Source of the DNA: Selaginella moellendorffii
Lineage: Eukaryota > Plantae > Lycopodiophyta
Assembly: GCF_000143415.4 (NCBI RefSeq)
Contig: NW_003314268.1
Coordinates: 2,124,494 to 2,188,493 of the forward strand
Direction of reading: 5' to 3'
DNA length: 64,000 nucleotides
Shown piece by piece: positions 1 to 12,824 of the stretch. The position numbers and the translations under genes are program-made. The notes beneath the pieces are model-generated. The model had not been told where the DNA came from, ran no database searches, and saw only the letters and a list, made by a program, of their open reading frames with translations. Numbering within the stretch: the first letter of the stretch is position 1; the number at the start of each line of letters is the position of its first letter.

Positions 1-1013
1 TTTTTGTAGAATTTTCAATGCATACGAACTCATGATAGTTTTTATAATCATTTTAGGCTGGGCAAGTCAATGATTGAGTGAGTACCCATGGCTTCTTTGT
101 TTTGACTCCTCGGTACGCTCAATTTTAACTCCCCGGACGACCAGCAACGAATCTTGACTAACAAGGCCATGAAAATAGTAATGAATTCTAGAGTATTGTT
201 CTTCATGCAATGTATAGATAGCATTAGAATTCATGGCTCACCAGGAATTGATGATATAGCACATGGTCTGAGTTTTGTTCGTTTGACAACATGTAGTTTA
301 CAAGCTCTCTCTTGCGTGTTGATCTCATCCCGTAAGTTCCTTGGTTGATCCATCACAATCTCTCGACCCAAAGGCCAATTGGCTTGGGCTCCAAACTAGC
401 CGTCAGTCGGGTGTGGGGACTGAGAGTAAATTCGATTTGTCACTGTCCATGCGAGCGATTGAGCTTTAAAGGGAAGTTCGGGTCCACCACCTTTTATTTT
501 GCTCATCTTTCTGGGGAATAAAATAGCTATTCTCTAGATTTTTTTTGGGGGGGGAATAATATTGGAGTTGAGATGGAACATCCAAGTTTTCATGATGAAA
601 AGCTCAAGAAAATTCCCTCCATGCGAAGTACTGTAAATCATACAAAACGCAGTTTGTCAAATGCCAAGACATGGACAATAACTTTGGATTGATTTCTCCA
701 ACGCAATACATGGTTTCGGAGCAGAGCCCCAAAAGAACACAAAAAATGATCTCGAGAGGAACGCGAGAAATAGACAAGAACAGATACTAAATATTATAGA
801 TCATAAGCTCTGGCTCCAAATTCTCTAGGCATAAGCTTTGATATTTACAAAAGAGTTGATTTTAGAGAAGAGAGAGAGAGAAGGGAAAAAAAAAAAGGAA
901 CCGAACTTTTTGTTGCCATATGTTCACGACGTCCGATTATCGATCGATTCGGAGCAAGCAGCCCATCGCCCATCGCTAAAAACTGTCGGCTCGATCGTTC
1001 CAAAAGAACGCGA

Positions 1014-1940
1014 TCAATTCCTCGCAACGCTTTGTCTCTGCTGGTGGTGGTGGTGGTGGCTATGGCTATGGCTACCAGAACCAATCTGATCTCCACCACC
1101 ACCATGCGCATTGTGACTCTCGGAGATGCTCTCCAGCGCAGGCCTCCAAATGCCCGATCTTCCGGAAGACGAGCCGGAGGAAGAACCACAAGAAGAAGAA
1201 GACCTGCTAGATCTCCGCGAGTGTTTGGCGGCGCCACCGCCGCCACCAACCTTACGCGGAAGATAGTTGTGATCTTGGAGAATATCCGCCGCCGCCACCG
1301 CGTCCGCCGCTTTCATCTCCTTCTCCACCAAGAGCTGCTCCAAGTAGCGCTTGGAAACCACCAGCGTCGTCACCCCGCCTTCCTTCTTCACCCGGAATGG
1401 CGGGTGATTGGCGGCGCCGCGAGTGGATTGCTCCGCCGCTGGTTTGGGCGGGGGTGGCGGAGCTGGAGCGTCACTCTTGGAACGGCTCCGCTGCTGCTTG
1501 GAGCTCTTGACCTCGTGATGGGCGGCGGCGGCGACGCTCACATTCTCCTGCGAGTGGCACTGGAACTTGTAGGCACGGCACCCCACCTCGGCGCTGGAGC
1601 TCCTGGTGGTGGCGGCGGAGGGATCCAGCGGCAGCAGCAGGAATTTGGGATTGGAATCCTCGGCGCTGAGGCATTTGGCAAGCTTGAGCTTGTCCTCCTC
1701 TGTTGACGATGAGCGAGGAGGAGACGAGGACGAGGACGAAGAAGGAAGAGTGGAGAGGGATGGATTGGGAATGGAGTTTAGACCTGCTGCCAGCGCCCCC
1801 GCTCTGTACTTCTCCTGCGCCCAGATGAGCTCCGCCGCTCGAATCGGGCGGATTAGCCGCTCTACTCTGCCATTCGTGTTCACCACCTGGACGACCTCCA
1901 TCGCTCCACAGATTAAAACGCAAGACATCAAATTCCCCAT
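1014..1940 (-). CDS. PADRE/DUF4228-family protein (paralogue 1), intronless
   Basis: N-terminus MGNLMSC (myristoylation/palmitoylation-type start), VVNTNGRVE...PIRAAEL core, 'VTTLVVSKRYLEQLL' and C-terminal WRPALESISE motif, all typical of DUF4228. His-rich tail. Confidence 0.85.
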   Translation of the reverse strand: MGNLMSCVLICGAMEVVQVVNTNGRVERLIRPIRAAELIWAQEKYRAGALAAGLNSIPNPSLSTLPSSSSSSSPPRSSSTEEDKLKLAKCLSAEDSNPKFLLLPLDPSAATTRSSSAEVGCRAYKFQCHSQENVSVAAAAHHEVKSSKQQRSRSKSDAPAPPPPPKPAAEQSTRGAANHPPFRVKKEGGVTTLVVSKRYLEQLLVEKEMKAADAVAAADILQDHNYLPRKVGGGGGAAKHSRRSSRSSSSCGSSSGSSSGRSGIWRPALESISESHNAHGGGGDQIGSGSHSHSHHHHHQQRQSVARN

Positions 1941-2930
1941 CGCTTCCTCCTTCTCCCCTATTTGTGTGGTCTTCCCTCTTTAAGGCGAGAGAGTCTCGCA
2001 ACAAATGCCGGCGCAGGGCATCGGCGCACGGATTCGCGCGAGCGACTGGATTGCAGCAGCGACACGATTCGATTCAATTAAATCCTCTACGATGGACCGA
2101 AACCTGGGAGTGATTCAAGGAGGTGAGAGATCTCCAGCGAAAGGGAAGGGAAAAGAAAAAATGCCCTGCTCTTTCCGTGCGGATTCTTGATGGAAATCAA
2201 TGCCAGGAGAGGAGAAAAGCGAGGAGAACAATTCAATCCCGAGCAGCATCCATCCACCAGCTATATGCTTTTACGTCACACCGCCCGCCCTCTTTCCTTG
2301 CTCGCTCTGGGATAAATTCAATGAAGAACAACGCGAGCCAATCAACCCATCCGCAATAATATAGGCCCTGAACCAGAATATGCCCGTGATGCGTACATAC
2401 AGTACCAGGAAGGTATTGACACACATCCGACCGTACAGGATGTAACGGCCTAGATGCCGCCACGATCATGTCATGTACGGGAAAGTTTTTTCCACCGTTC
2501 TTTCCGCTTGTTTTCTCTCGATCCAGTTCTTCGACTCGGCAGTGAGTCTTCGAACTTAATGGCTGTCAAGTGAAAGCCATCTTTCCTGATTTCTAGCGGC
2601 CGAAAGATTGGAACAGCACCAAAAGGAAACACTTACTTTAATGCGATCGAGGAGCTCGGCATAGCAGCAGTAGACCCCGTGGTCTCGAGTTGCGAGACTC
2701 GTTCCTCTCCTACACAGGACCAGAGCTTTCAAACCGTGCTTTAGCCTTTCAAAGTGCGAGTGAGAAAGCCTTATAACAAGGGGAAAATAAAGAAAGCTCA
2801 AAAGAAAAGTCTAGCCAGGCCGGTGCTGCGCGCGAGAGAGTAAAATACCTATGCTTTTGCAGGCGGCTGTCTACTGCCCGGCGTGACTCTTTTCTCTTCT
2901 TGTGCGCTCCTGCAAAGCTGGGATGGCTAT

Positions 2931-4542
<1,612 letters not shown>

Positions 4543-4627
4543 AGATCGATCTCTTGGCGCACACCAAAAACCTACCTCACAGCTCGAGAGAAAATGAAGA
4601 ACCCTAAAAGATGCCGCCTCCTGGTCT

Positions 4628-7600
4628 ATGAAATTTCCAGAGCTCGATGGCCTCAAATCGGAATGGAGCCGACTCCTCAGGCACTTTGGCGATGCGCGCG
4701 ACCTCTGCCAGGGCCGGATCGTCCACGAGAGGATCGTCGAGAGAGGACACCACTGCGACATCTACCTCGCCAATCTCCTCGTCCAGATGTATGGGAAATG
4801 CGGCAGCGTCGAGGACGCCTTGGCAGTCTTCGATGCGTCGTGGGGAAAGAACACATTCTCCTGGAGCATTCTCGTCGCGGCGTTCGTCCACAACGGGCGG
4901 ATCGAGGCCGCCAGGCGCGCATTGGCGGCGATGCCGCAGTGGAACGCCGTGTCTTGCACCACGCTCGTCGCTGGATATTTCCACGAGGGAGATCCTGACG
5001 AGGCGCAGAGGATTTTCGACCTGATCCAAGAGCCTAGCATCGTCTCCTGGAACGCGCTTCTCGCCGGCTATGGCGAGCGCGGCGATCTCCGGGCGGCGCG
5101 AAGAATCTTCGATTCGATGAGCGAGCGCAGCACCGCGACCTACAATGCGATGATCCAGGCGTGCGTCCAGCACGGAGAATTCGAGCAAGCGAAGATCGTC
5201 TTCGAGAGCATGGCGAAGATCGTCGAGAAATCCAGGGCCATAGCCAAGGACAACTCCCACCACAGAGACGTGGTGACGTGGACGACGATGATCGAGGCAT
5301 ATGCCCAGAACGGGCATCTCGCGGAGGCAAAGGCACTGTTTGATGGAATATCCGGCCGGAACGTAGTGACGTGGACGGTGATGCTGGCGGCCAGCACCGC
5401 GGCCGGAAATCTCCACGTGGCGAGGGGGATATTCAACCGCCTTCCACAGCACAACGTTGTAACGGGCTAAGGTGACGCTGGTGATAACGGTGTCCAGTTT
5501 GGTGAAGCCCTAACCGAGTGCTGACGTGGCAAGTGGGCGAGCGAGGGTTCTTGGTTCGAGAGGGAGGATGGAAGGAGAGGAGTGTGGGTGCTGGATGTGA
5601 GCACACGGGGTGTTCTGTTGTGTGTTCTAGTGGTTCAGAGGTGGATCTCTCTTGGTTTCTCTGGTTTCTTTGCTAGTGTCCATGAATGGAGGCGGTCCCT
5701 GTTTTGGTGGAGATGAGGGGCATCCACATTGCTGAATGCTCTCACGAGCAGTGTGTGGCTATCCATTCTTGGACCAGCTATGGAAGATTGACGATTGTTA
5801 AATTGAGCATCATGAGTGGTTGCTAATTTGAGCAATGTAAACAGAGCTTGCTTTGTGTGGCATCGGGGACTTTCAGTGAGAATGCTAAAGGCATTACTGG
5901 AAAGTGATGCAGAAAATCGAGGCAAATGGCCTGATTTTTGAGGCATAGCAAGTGAGCCAAACAAGAGAGCTATTTGAACACCCCGTGTGTGCGGGTGAGA
6001 GGAAGCTTATTGTGGCTAATGTGGCTAGTGTTGAGCATGCTAGCATTTCTTTTTTGGGGGAATGGCAAGTACTAAAGCAAATGCTACTCAGGTGTAAAGA
6101 ATGAGGGGGAGAAAATCCCAAAGGTGTATTTATTGAGCAAATTGTCATAAGGCCAGGGTGGGCAGGCTGTAATGGCTTTGAAATCAGTAAGTTATGGTGG
6201 CTCAAAATTCTTTCAAGTTTATGTAAAAGATTGCAGAGAGTTGCTTTTGATTCTGGTGGCTAATTATCTTGGCGAGATAAAAATGAGTGTGAATGATGTA
6301 TTGTAAGTGGATGTTGGCTTGGCTTGGAGCATGGAGGTTGAGGTTTGATCTGTAAATATGATAATGTAAGAAGAGAAAATGGGTCTTTACATCTAGGAAA
6401 GCATGCATAATATTTGTTTCCTGGTAGAGCATAGTACAGATTTGATATTCTGGTTTGTGTGAGGACACACAAATTTTAACGGGGGAAAGACCGCTACATA
6501 TGTAACGGGCTAAGGTGACGCTGGTGATAACGGTGTCCAGTTTGGTGAAGCCCTAACCGAGTGCTGACGTGGCAAGTGGGCGAGCGAGGGTTCTTGGTTC
6601 GAGAGGGAGGATGGAAGGAGAGGAGTGTGGGTGCTGGATGTGAGCACACGGGGTGTTCTGTTGTGTGTTCTAGTGGTTCAGAGGTGGATCTCTCTTGGTT
6701 TCTCTGGTTTCTTTGCTAGTGTCCATGAATGGAGGCGGTCCCTGTTTGACCGCTACAACGTCGTAGCCTGGAACGCGATCGTCCAGGCGGTTGCCCAGTT
6801 TGGAGATTTTGACGAGGCCAAGAAACTCTTTGACCGTACGCCATGCTGGAGCATTGTCTCCTGGAACGCGATGATCACCGCGTACGGACAGAGGGGTTAC
6901 GTCGACGAAGCCCAAGAAATGCTCCACAGAATGTCCCAGTGGAATGTGGTGTCTCTCACGGCACTGGTAGCGGCTTACGGCCAAAACGGGCACCTAGATC
7001 TCGCCAAAGAACTCTTCCACTGGATGCCCGAGAGGAACATCATCACCTGGAACTCGATGCTAGCTTTCCACCCGGGAGATGGAAGCCATCGTCTGGAAGA
7101 AGTGTTTTCGCTCATGCCCTCCTGGGACCTGGCATCGTATAACTCTCTCGTCCAGGCACACGCGGAGCGAGGTAGCTTGGCGCGAGCTCGAGAGATCTTC
7201 GACACAATGTCCAAGCGCGATTGGATCTCCTGGCTCATCATAATCACGGCTTTCTCTAGAGCAGGAAAGGTTGACGAGGCTCGGAAACTCTTCGACGCTT
7301 CACCGGAGCCGCGGAACGCTGCCCTGTGGAGCTGTATGATAAGCTGCTACACCGACAACGGCCGCTTGGATGGAGCCAAGTTGATGTTTGACACCATGCC
7401 CGTCCCGAGCCTGATTTCCTGGACCACCATGCTCTCGGCTTATGCCACCGGAGGACGAGCTCGGGAAGCACTGCAGCTGTTTAGCTCGATGATTCTTCAT
7501 GGCCTGGAGTGTAAGGAGGTGAGCTTCGTCACCGTCTTGAATGCCTGCAGCCATATGGGATGGGTCGAAACTGGCCGAGAATACTTCCTCTCCATGGTCT

Positions 7601-7878
7601 CCGACCATGGAATTCATCCTGTTCCTGACCACTACACTTGTCTTGTTGACGCCTTTGGCCGCGCAGGGCAGTTGAATAGAGCTCGGGATCTTCTTCTCAG
7701 TGTACCTTTCATGCCGGACTGTGCTGCATGGGGAGCTTTGCTGGGTGCTTCTATAGTTTATGACGATGTTCAAGTTGGCGAGTTAGCAGCGGAGCAACTA
7801 GTGGAGCTTGAGCCTGACCAAGCCACCACTTACGTGAAACTGGCTAATGTTTACGCGGCTGGTGCTCGGTTGACGTAG
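4628..7878 (+). pseudogene. PLS-class (E subgroup, no DYW) pentatricopeptide repeat gene interrupted by a retroelement at 5458-6757
   Basis: PLS repeats ('NLLVQMYGKCGSVEDA', 'RDVVTWTTMIEAYAQNG', 'SFVTVLNACSHMG', 'HYTCLVDAFGRAG', 'WGALLGA'). Joining 4628-5457 to 6762-7878 gives 1947 nt (649 codons) in one frame, reading ...HNV|VAWN... Confidence 0.92.
5458..6757 (+). mobile_element. Non-autonomous LTR retroelement (TRIM-like, 1.3 kb) with split/permuted terminal repeats
   Basis: TGTAAC...GCTACA ends; ACGT target duplication (5454-5457, 6758-6761); 247-bp direct repeats 5458-5704 and 6501-6747, identical by eye; PBS-like TGGTGGAGATGAGGGGCATC at 5705, resembling the complement of the tRNA-Ala 3' end; purine tract GGGGGAAA at 6481-6488; no long internal ORF. 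Confidence 0.9.
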
Positions 7879-8286
7879 TTAATAATAAATGGTGCTAGAA
7901 AATTGTTCTTTAGATGTAGGAGTAAGCACAATCTTAAAAGGAGCGATACTTCTAGCGATCAATCCGTCAGTCGTCGAAATCGCCATGGTCGTGGTACCCA
8001 CGGGGCGTACGTGAAGATTCCAGAAATGTGAAGATTACATACCACCCATTTTTCACCGCAAAATTTGAGACACCACTACAGATTCGCTCCTTGACACGAT
8101 CATGCCACCTGGACGTCCCAGCAGCTGCCAGTTAAGCCTGAAGTCCTTATAAATTCACCACCATTGCTCAGCACAGCTTCAAACATAGCAAGCTAGAACA
8201 GCAAGAGCTCCCCAATAAGCTCTAGATTCTTCCAGGCTCATCCCAATTCACTCTTGAGCAATTATCTGATTTCTGTAGAATTCATA

Positions 8287-9062
8287 ATGGCTAGCACTGT
8301 TGCAGCGAGAGGCATCCCTTTGCCTACGGCACTGTCTTCGCTCACCCCTTCTTCTGATTCCAGGCTCCGAGGAAGTCACAATGCCTCGACATCGAATTCC
8401 AGCCGGCTCTCACGCTGCATTGTAGTCCGAGCATCACAGCAGCAGCAGAATGTTGGCGACTTGCTGGAAAAGACCAAGAAGAAGATCACCCGAGAAAGTG
8501 TGGAGAAGCATCAGGAAGGGACCAAGTCGGAGAGCCCAGAAAACATCCCACTCTCGATTCCCCAATCCCAGGCTCAGAGTCCCGACTGGAGCTACCCGCG
8601 ACCCGAGGTAGAGCGCAGGCCCGAAACTGGTGCCAGAGACTTCGGAAGCTTGATGGCATTTGATGGCCCTGGACCGGAGACGATCAATGGCCGACTGGTA
8701 AGTATCTATAATGCTCAGCTTCCTAGAATTTGGATTTCTTAATCCAACTTGAACACCTTGAACAGGCAATGCTAGGTCTCGTCTGGGCATTCGTCGCTGA
8801 GAAGTTGACGGGGGAGACAGTCGCACAGCTGCTGTACGCACCCGGGAACAACGGACTGTTCTACTACTTTGCAATGGTGCAGCTCTTCATGTACGCGTCA
8901 TTGGTGACCATGTTCAACGGCGAGAGTCCGGACAGCAGAGCGATTGGACCTTTCACAGCCAAAGCCGAGCGGTGGAATGGCCGGCTCGCCATGATGGGCT
9001 TCCTAAGCCTGGTTGTCAACGAGGCCTTTATCAACACCCCGGTCTTCAACCTCCACATGTAA
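8287..9062 (+). CDS. ELIP: Early light-induced protein (LHC-like), 2 exons (intron 8698-8765)
   Basis: Ser-rich transit peptide, 'FDGPGPETINGRLAMLG' and 'AERWNGRLAMMGF' chlorophyll-binding helices. Confidence 0.95.
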
Positions 9063-9945
9063 ATTCAGTGTGTACATAGCCTAGTACCTTGTTTGAAGAG
9101 ACCAAATTGATTATCTTTTTTATCCTTCCATGCTTTCAAAACAGTCGAAAGTGCGTAAAGTTTCCTTCCTTAGAAATGGATGCTGGCTTGTGAGAACTTC
9201 GGGTCCCTCGCGGATATTGTCAGAACCGGTTAATCCCTACCTACCTCATTTCTTATCTTCTACCAAAATGCGCCCCGATCCTACAAAGAAATGTTGATCT
9301 TTGCTTTCCAAGGCATATGCCTTTGCCTGAATTCGTTGTCCACGATCGTCGTTCCAGAGCGAAAAAGCGGTAGGTAGCCCACGGGCAGAAACTTATCTGA
9401 AGTGTTTGATTCGCAAGGGAGCTCGCGTTGCCGGCTCCCAGAAGGGGCCATCTTCTCCTTGTTGTCTCTGCGTAGGACGGCACATCCTGTTTGTGCCGCT
9501 TACTCAGCGGCTCGATCAGCCATTGCTCTCGGAGATCATCGGGATTGGGAAGAAGCGTTTTTCGGCCATCATGCTAGTTATCTGCTCTCTAGACTCGATC
9601 GACACTTCGCAGCGATCATCCAGAGCAGTGACTGAATCATTCACGGCACTCTGGTTCGTGCTTTACTGTTCATTCATGCGTACCCGATATCCGCCGAGGT
9701 CCGCTCTGTCTGGCTTCGTGTTTTGAGAGGGCTTGGCGACAGAGGTCACAGTCATGGCCCATCTGATAGCTTGCATTGCTGCGTCCATCTGTTGAATGGT
9801 GTGAGCAACAGATGTTGCCAGAAATCAACCAGTCAATGGTGACGGCCACAGCGCAGACAAGAGGAATTATATTTGTACCACTTAGGGCTTTCAATATATT
9901 GCCGGCAACACTTTGAATGCTAGTAACTTTGCAACGACGCAACGC

Positions 9946-10075
9946 ACCATGTTCATCGGCAAGAGTCCGGACAAGAGCGATTGGACCTATCACAGCCCAA
10001 TCTGAGCGGTGGCATGCCCTGGTCGCCATGATGGATGGGCTTCCTAAGCCTGGTTGTCACCGAGGCATTTATCAA
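9946..10075 (+). pseudogene. Degenerate copy of the ELIP 3' coding end
   Basis: Aligns by eye with about 8908-9035 (accatgttca..ggc.agagtccggaca...gatgggcttcctaagcctggttgtca.cgaggc.tttatcaa), with indels. Confidence 0.85.
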
Positions 10076-12473
10076 TGGCTGTCACTGTAAATCAAATTTA
10101 AAATAACCTGGTGACAACCAAATAGAACTTGGTGACAATCAAGGACAATCAAGGTCAATAGAAGACAATTAAGAATTCAACTGAAAGATAAGCAAACAAA
10201 TAAAGACACACTAGTTCATCTAGTGGCTTGCAATTGGCTAGAAAAAATCAGATTTCTTGGTTGTAAAATATTCATTGGTATCTCCCAATATAATGGTATT
10301 AAAAACAAAAAAAGCCCATAAAAGGGTCAGGAAATTGAATAGGGTCTATTGTAGTAAGTGTTGGCAAAATTAACTTTTACTTTGAAATAAAAAATACCCT
10401 AAAGATGGAGGTAGTGATTTTATGTTGTTTAGTGCAATGATTAAATGATAAAAGCAAAATACTAATAACCAAAAATGGGCTAAAAAAATATTTGAGTGTG
10501 GCTGTAGGGGGCTTGCATGATCCACAACGAGAGGAGGTGGAACAGAAAGCCATCTGGCTATTCGTTCTTTAGCCTGTGTGGATATCTAGTATGGAATTTC
10601 CTGTTTAGCTTTGCTTGCAATGCTTACCACTAGAATGGAGAAAAACTTATGGAGGAAAGCTTGGATTGATTACCATTACTAATTGCTATTGAAGAGAAAA
10701 GGTCTTGCATCATGATATACACAAGGAAAAAAACTGAGAGAACACAAATCACTAGAAAGTCAATAGTGAAACTTATGAGTTGGAAATGATTGGAGCTTAT
10801 ATATCTTTAATTGGATGCCAAGCAGCAGTTCATTGTCACAAAGCACAATATAGAAAAACTAAGCTCCAAATCTTGATCCCACACCTGTTTGGAAGGGGTA
10901 ATTTTTTTGCTTTTTTCCCTTCGGTTTTGCATCTAGTTTAACTGTAGAAATTCCAAGCACAACAATCTGGAAAATTTGAAGGGATCAGAGTAGGTGAAGT
11001 ATGGATTCACTTGAATGTTCTTGGCTGGAATATTTTTCAGTCTCTATTATAAATAAAATATATATTTATATATTTACATGAAGTTATTTTTATAAAACTT
11101 TAACTATAGAATATAAATTTTTGAATTTGATTGTTTATAAGATATATAAACTGTTATAGTAAGTATATGACCAAGAGTATAGTATATATAGTTATTATAA
11201 TAACTATATGCTCGATAAAAGATGTTAAAGGTATAATGAGCCTTCAATGTTGGCTTTATATAAAAAATAACATGGTAATTCATGATAGGATTATTTCAGA
11301 AATTATATATTTATCCAATAAAGACATTAAACTTCATCTATGAGTGGTAGAGTTGTAATACCTAAACTCTTGACTCCCAAAATGGAGCTAAGGATAAGCC
11401 ATATTGGTGTGGCTGAAGTAAAAATGTAATAGTGTAACATATTACTTTGACATAAAAAGTTAATAGGGGGAGAGGAACTCCCAAAAAAAATTTTGAAGAA
11501 TAAATATGAAATAATTGATAAACAAGTCTTTAAAAAGGGACAAAAGAAAAATTAATATATGGTAAGTGTTGTGAAATATTGAAGACTAAAGTGAATCTGA
11601 GATCAAGTCTGAAATTAAGTTTAAGGGGTAAAAGCCCAAAACAACCATTTCCTAAACCCTAAATGGTTTAATAAATCCTTATGGGATAATAGGGGAAGGA
11701 TTCTAAAGGAACTGACTAAAGAAATCATTTACTTCAATCCACCATTTTTAACATTGTTTAGATTACTTAATTAGTTGAATCCATAAGACACTATCATTTT
11801 AATGTCATTAAAAGCTTTGAACTAGCATTTTTGCATTAGAAATTACACATCCAAGTTTTGTGTAACTTATAAAATGGTTAGATATACTATTCAAATAGGA
11901 GACAAAATTTATTTTACATCACTTTAAACTTCCTCCCACAGCTATTAGTGATTTTAGCATCTCAACCTGGTGTTGTAAGAGCCCTAGCCAATAGTTGTGA
12001 AGGCTTAAATTAAAAATAGCATAGAAATAAGAATTATCATCTTGTTTTGCTTTAAAAGATTGAAAATTGAGAGAGATAAATAAACTCTTTAAACAATAGT
12101 TTCAATGCAAGCAATAGTTCTAAATTGATATATTGAAATGTGAAACTTATGAAATGAAACTTTCTCACACTACTACCATCCATTGCAATGTGTGCTTCTA
12201 AAGTTTAGAGTAAATAATGGCTTCCTTGTAATAAAGTAGTGTTAAGAAATGAATGAAAGAGAAAGAAAATAGAGTAATGCCCATGCATACTTCTATTGGA
12301 GATGCAACTTAGATGATCTTTATAATTTCTGATATGACTATAATCTGAATGAGAGAAGTTACTTCCTCTTATTTGTGACTAAGCTCATCCTATGAAACCT
12401 TTTATTCCTGATTAAGCTCATGAAACAAAAACATCATGGCTCTAGAACTTGTGTTCTAAGAGCACTATACACT

Positions 12474-12808
12474 TGTCAAGACCCCTAACAAGATCAAGAT
12501 TGGAAAATGCAAAAGACAAAGAGAAAAGCTAGTGGAAACAAAAAAGAGGCCTTAGATTGGCGTTGATTTAGATTGTGGAGAAATGGAACAAGGCTAATCT
12601 ATATATACTATAGGTTGATGAAGTTCCACCACTCTTGAATTGAGGACGGCCTAAATATAGCTGAGGTCGAGGAGGTGCCACGTCATCATCAAGAATGTAA
12701 TTCGAGACTCAGGAATTGTACGAGAAATCAAAGAGTCAGGAATATGGTCTGCAGGTCAGGAATCTAGCAAGAGTTAGGAATGTGGCAAGAATTGGGGAAT
12801 TCCTAACA
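12474..12808 (-). mobile_element. LTR of a chromovirus-type Ty3/gypsy element, inverted relative to the LTR at 14509-14894
   Basis: Reverse complement aligns with 14509-14894; TG..CA ends; PPT-like purine run (minus strand) at about 12809-12824. Confidence 0.88.
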
Positions 12809-12824
12809 ACACTCACCCTTCTTC

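Noticed and set aside
838-2004. Several long overlapping antisense or alternate-frame ORFs over the PADRE gene (similarly over RPT2, PPR, NRAMP, Sec14 and neprosin)
   Set aside because: Expected shadows of GC-rich coding sequence; no recognisable motifs.
10080-12470. AT-rich stretch that might be a decayed DNA transposon
   Set aside because: No convincing transposase motif, TIR or TSD found by eye.
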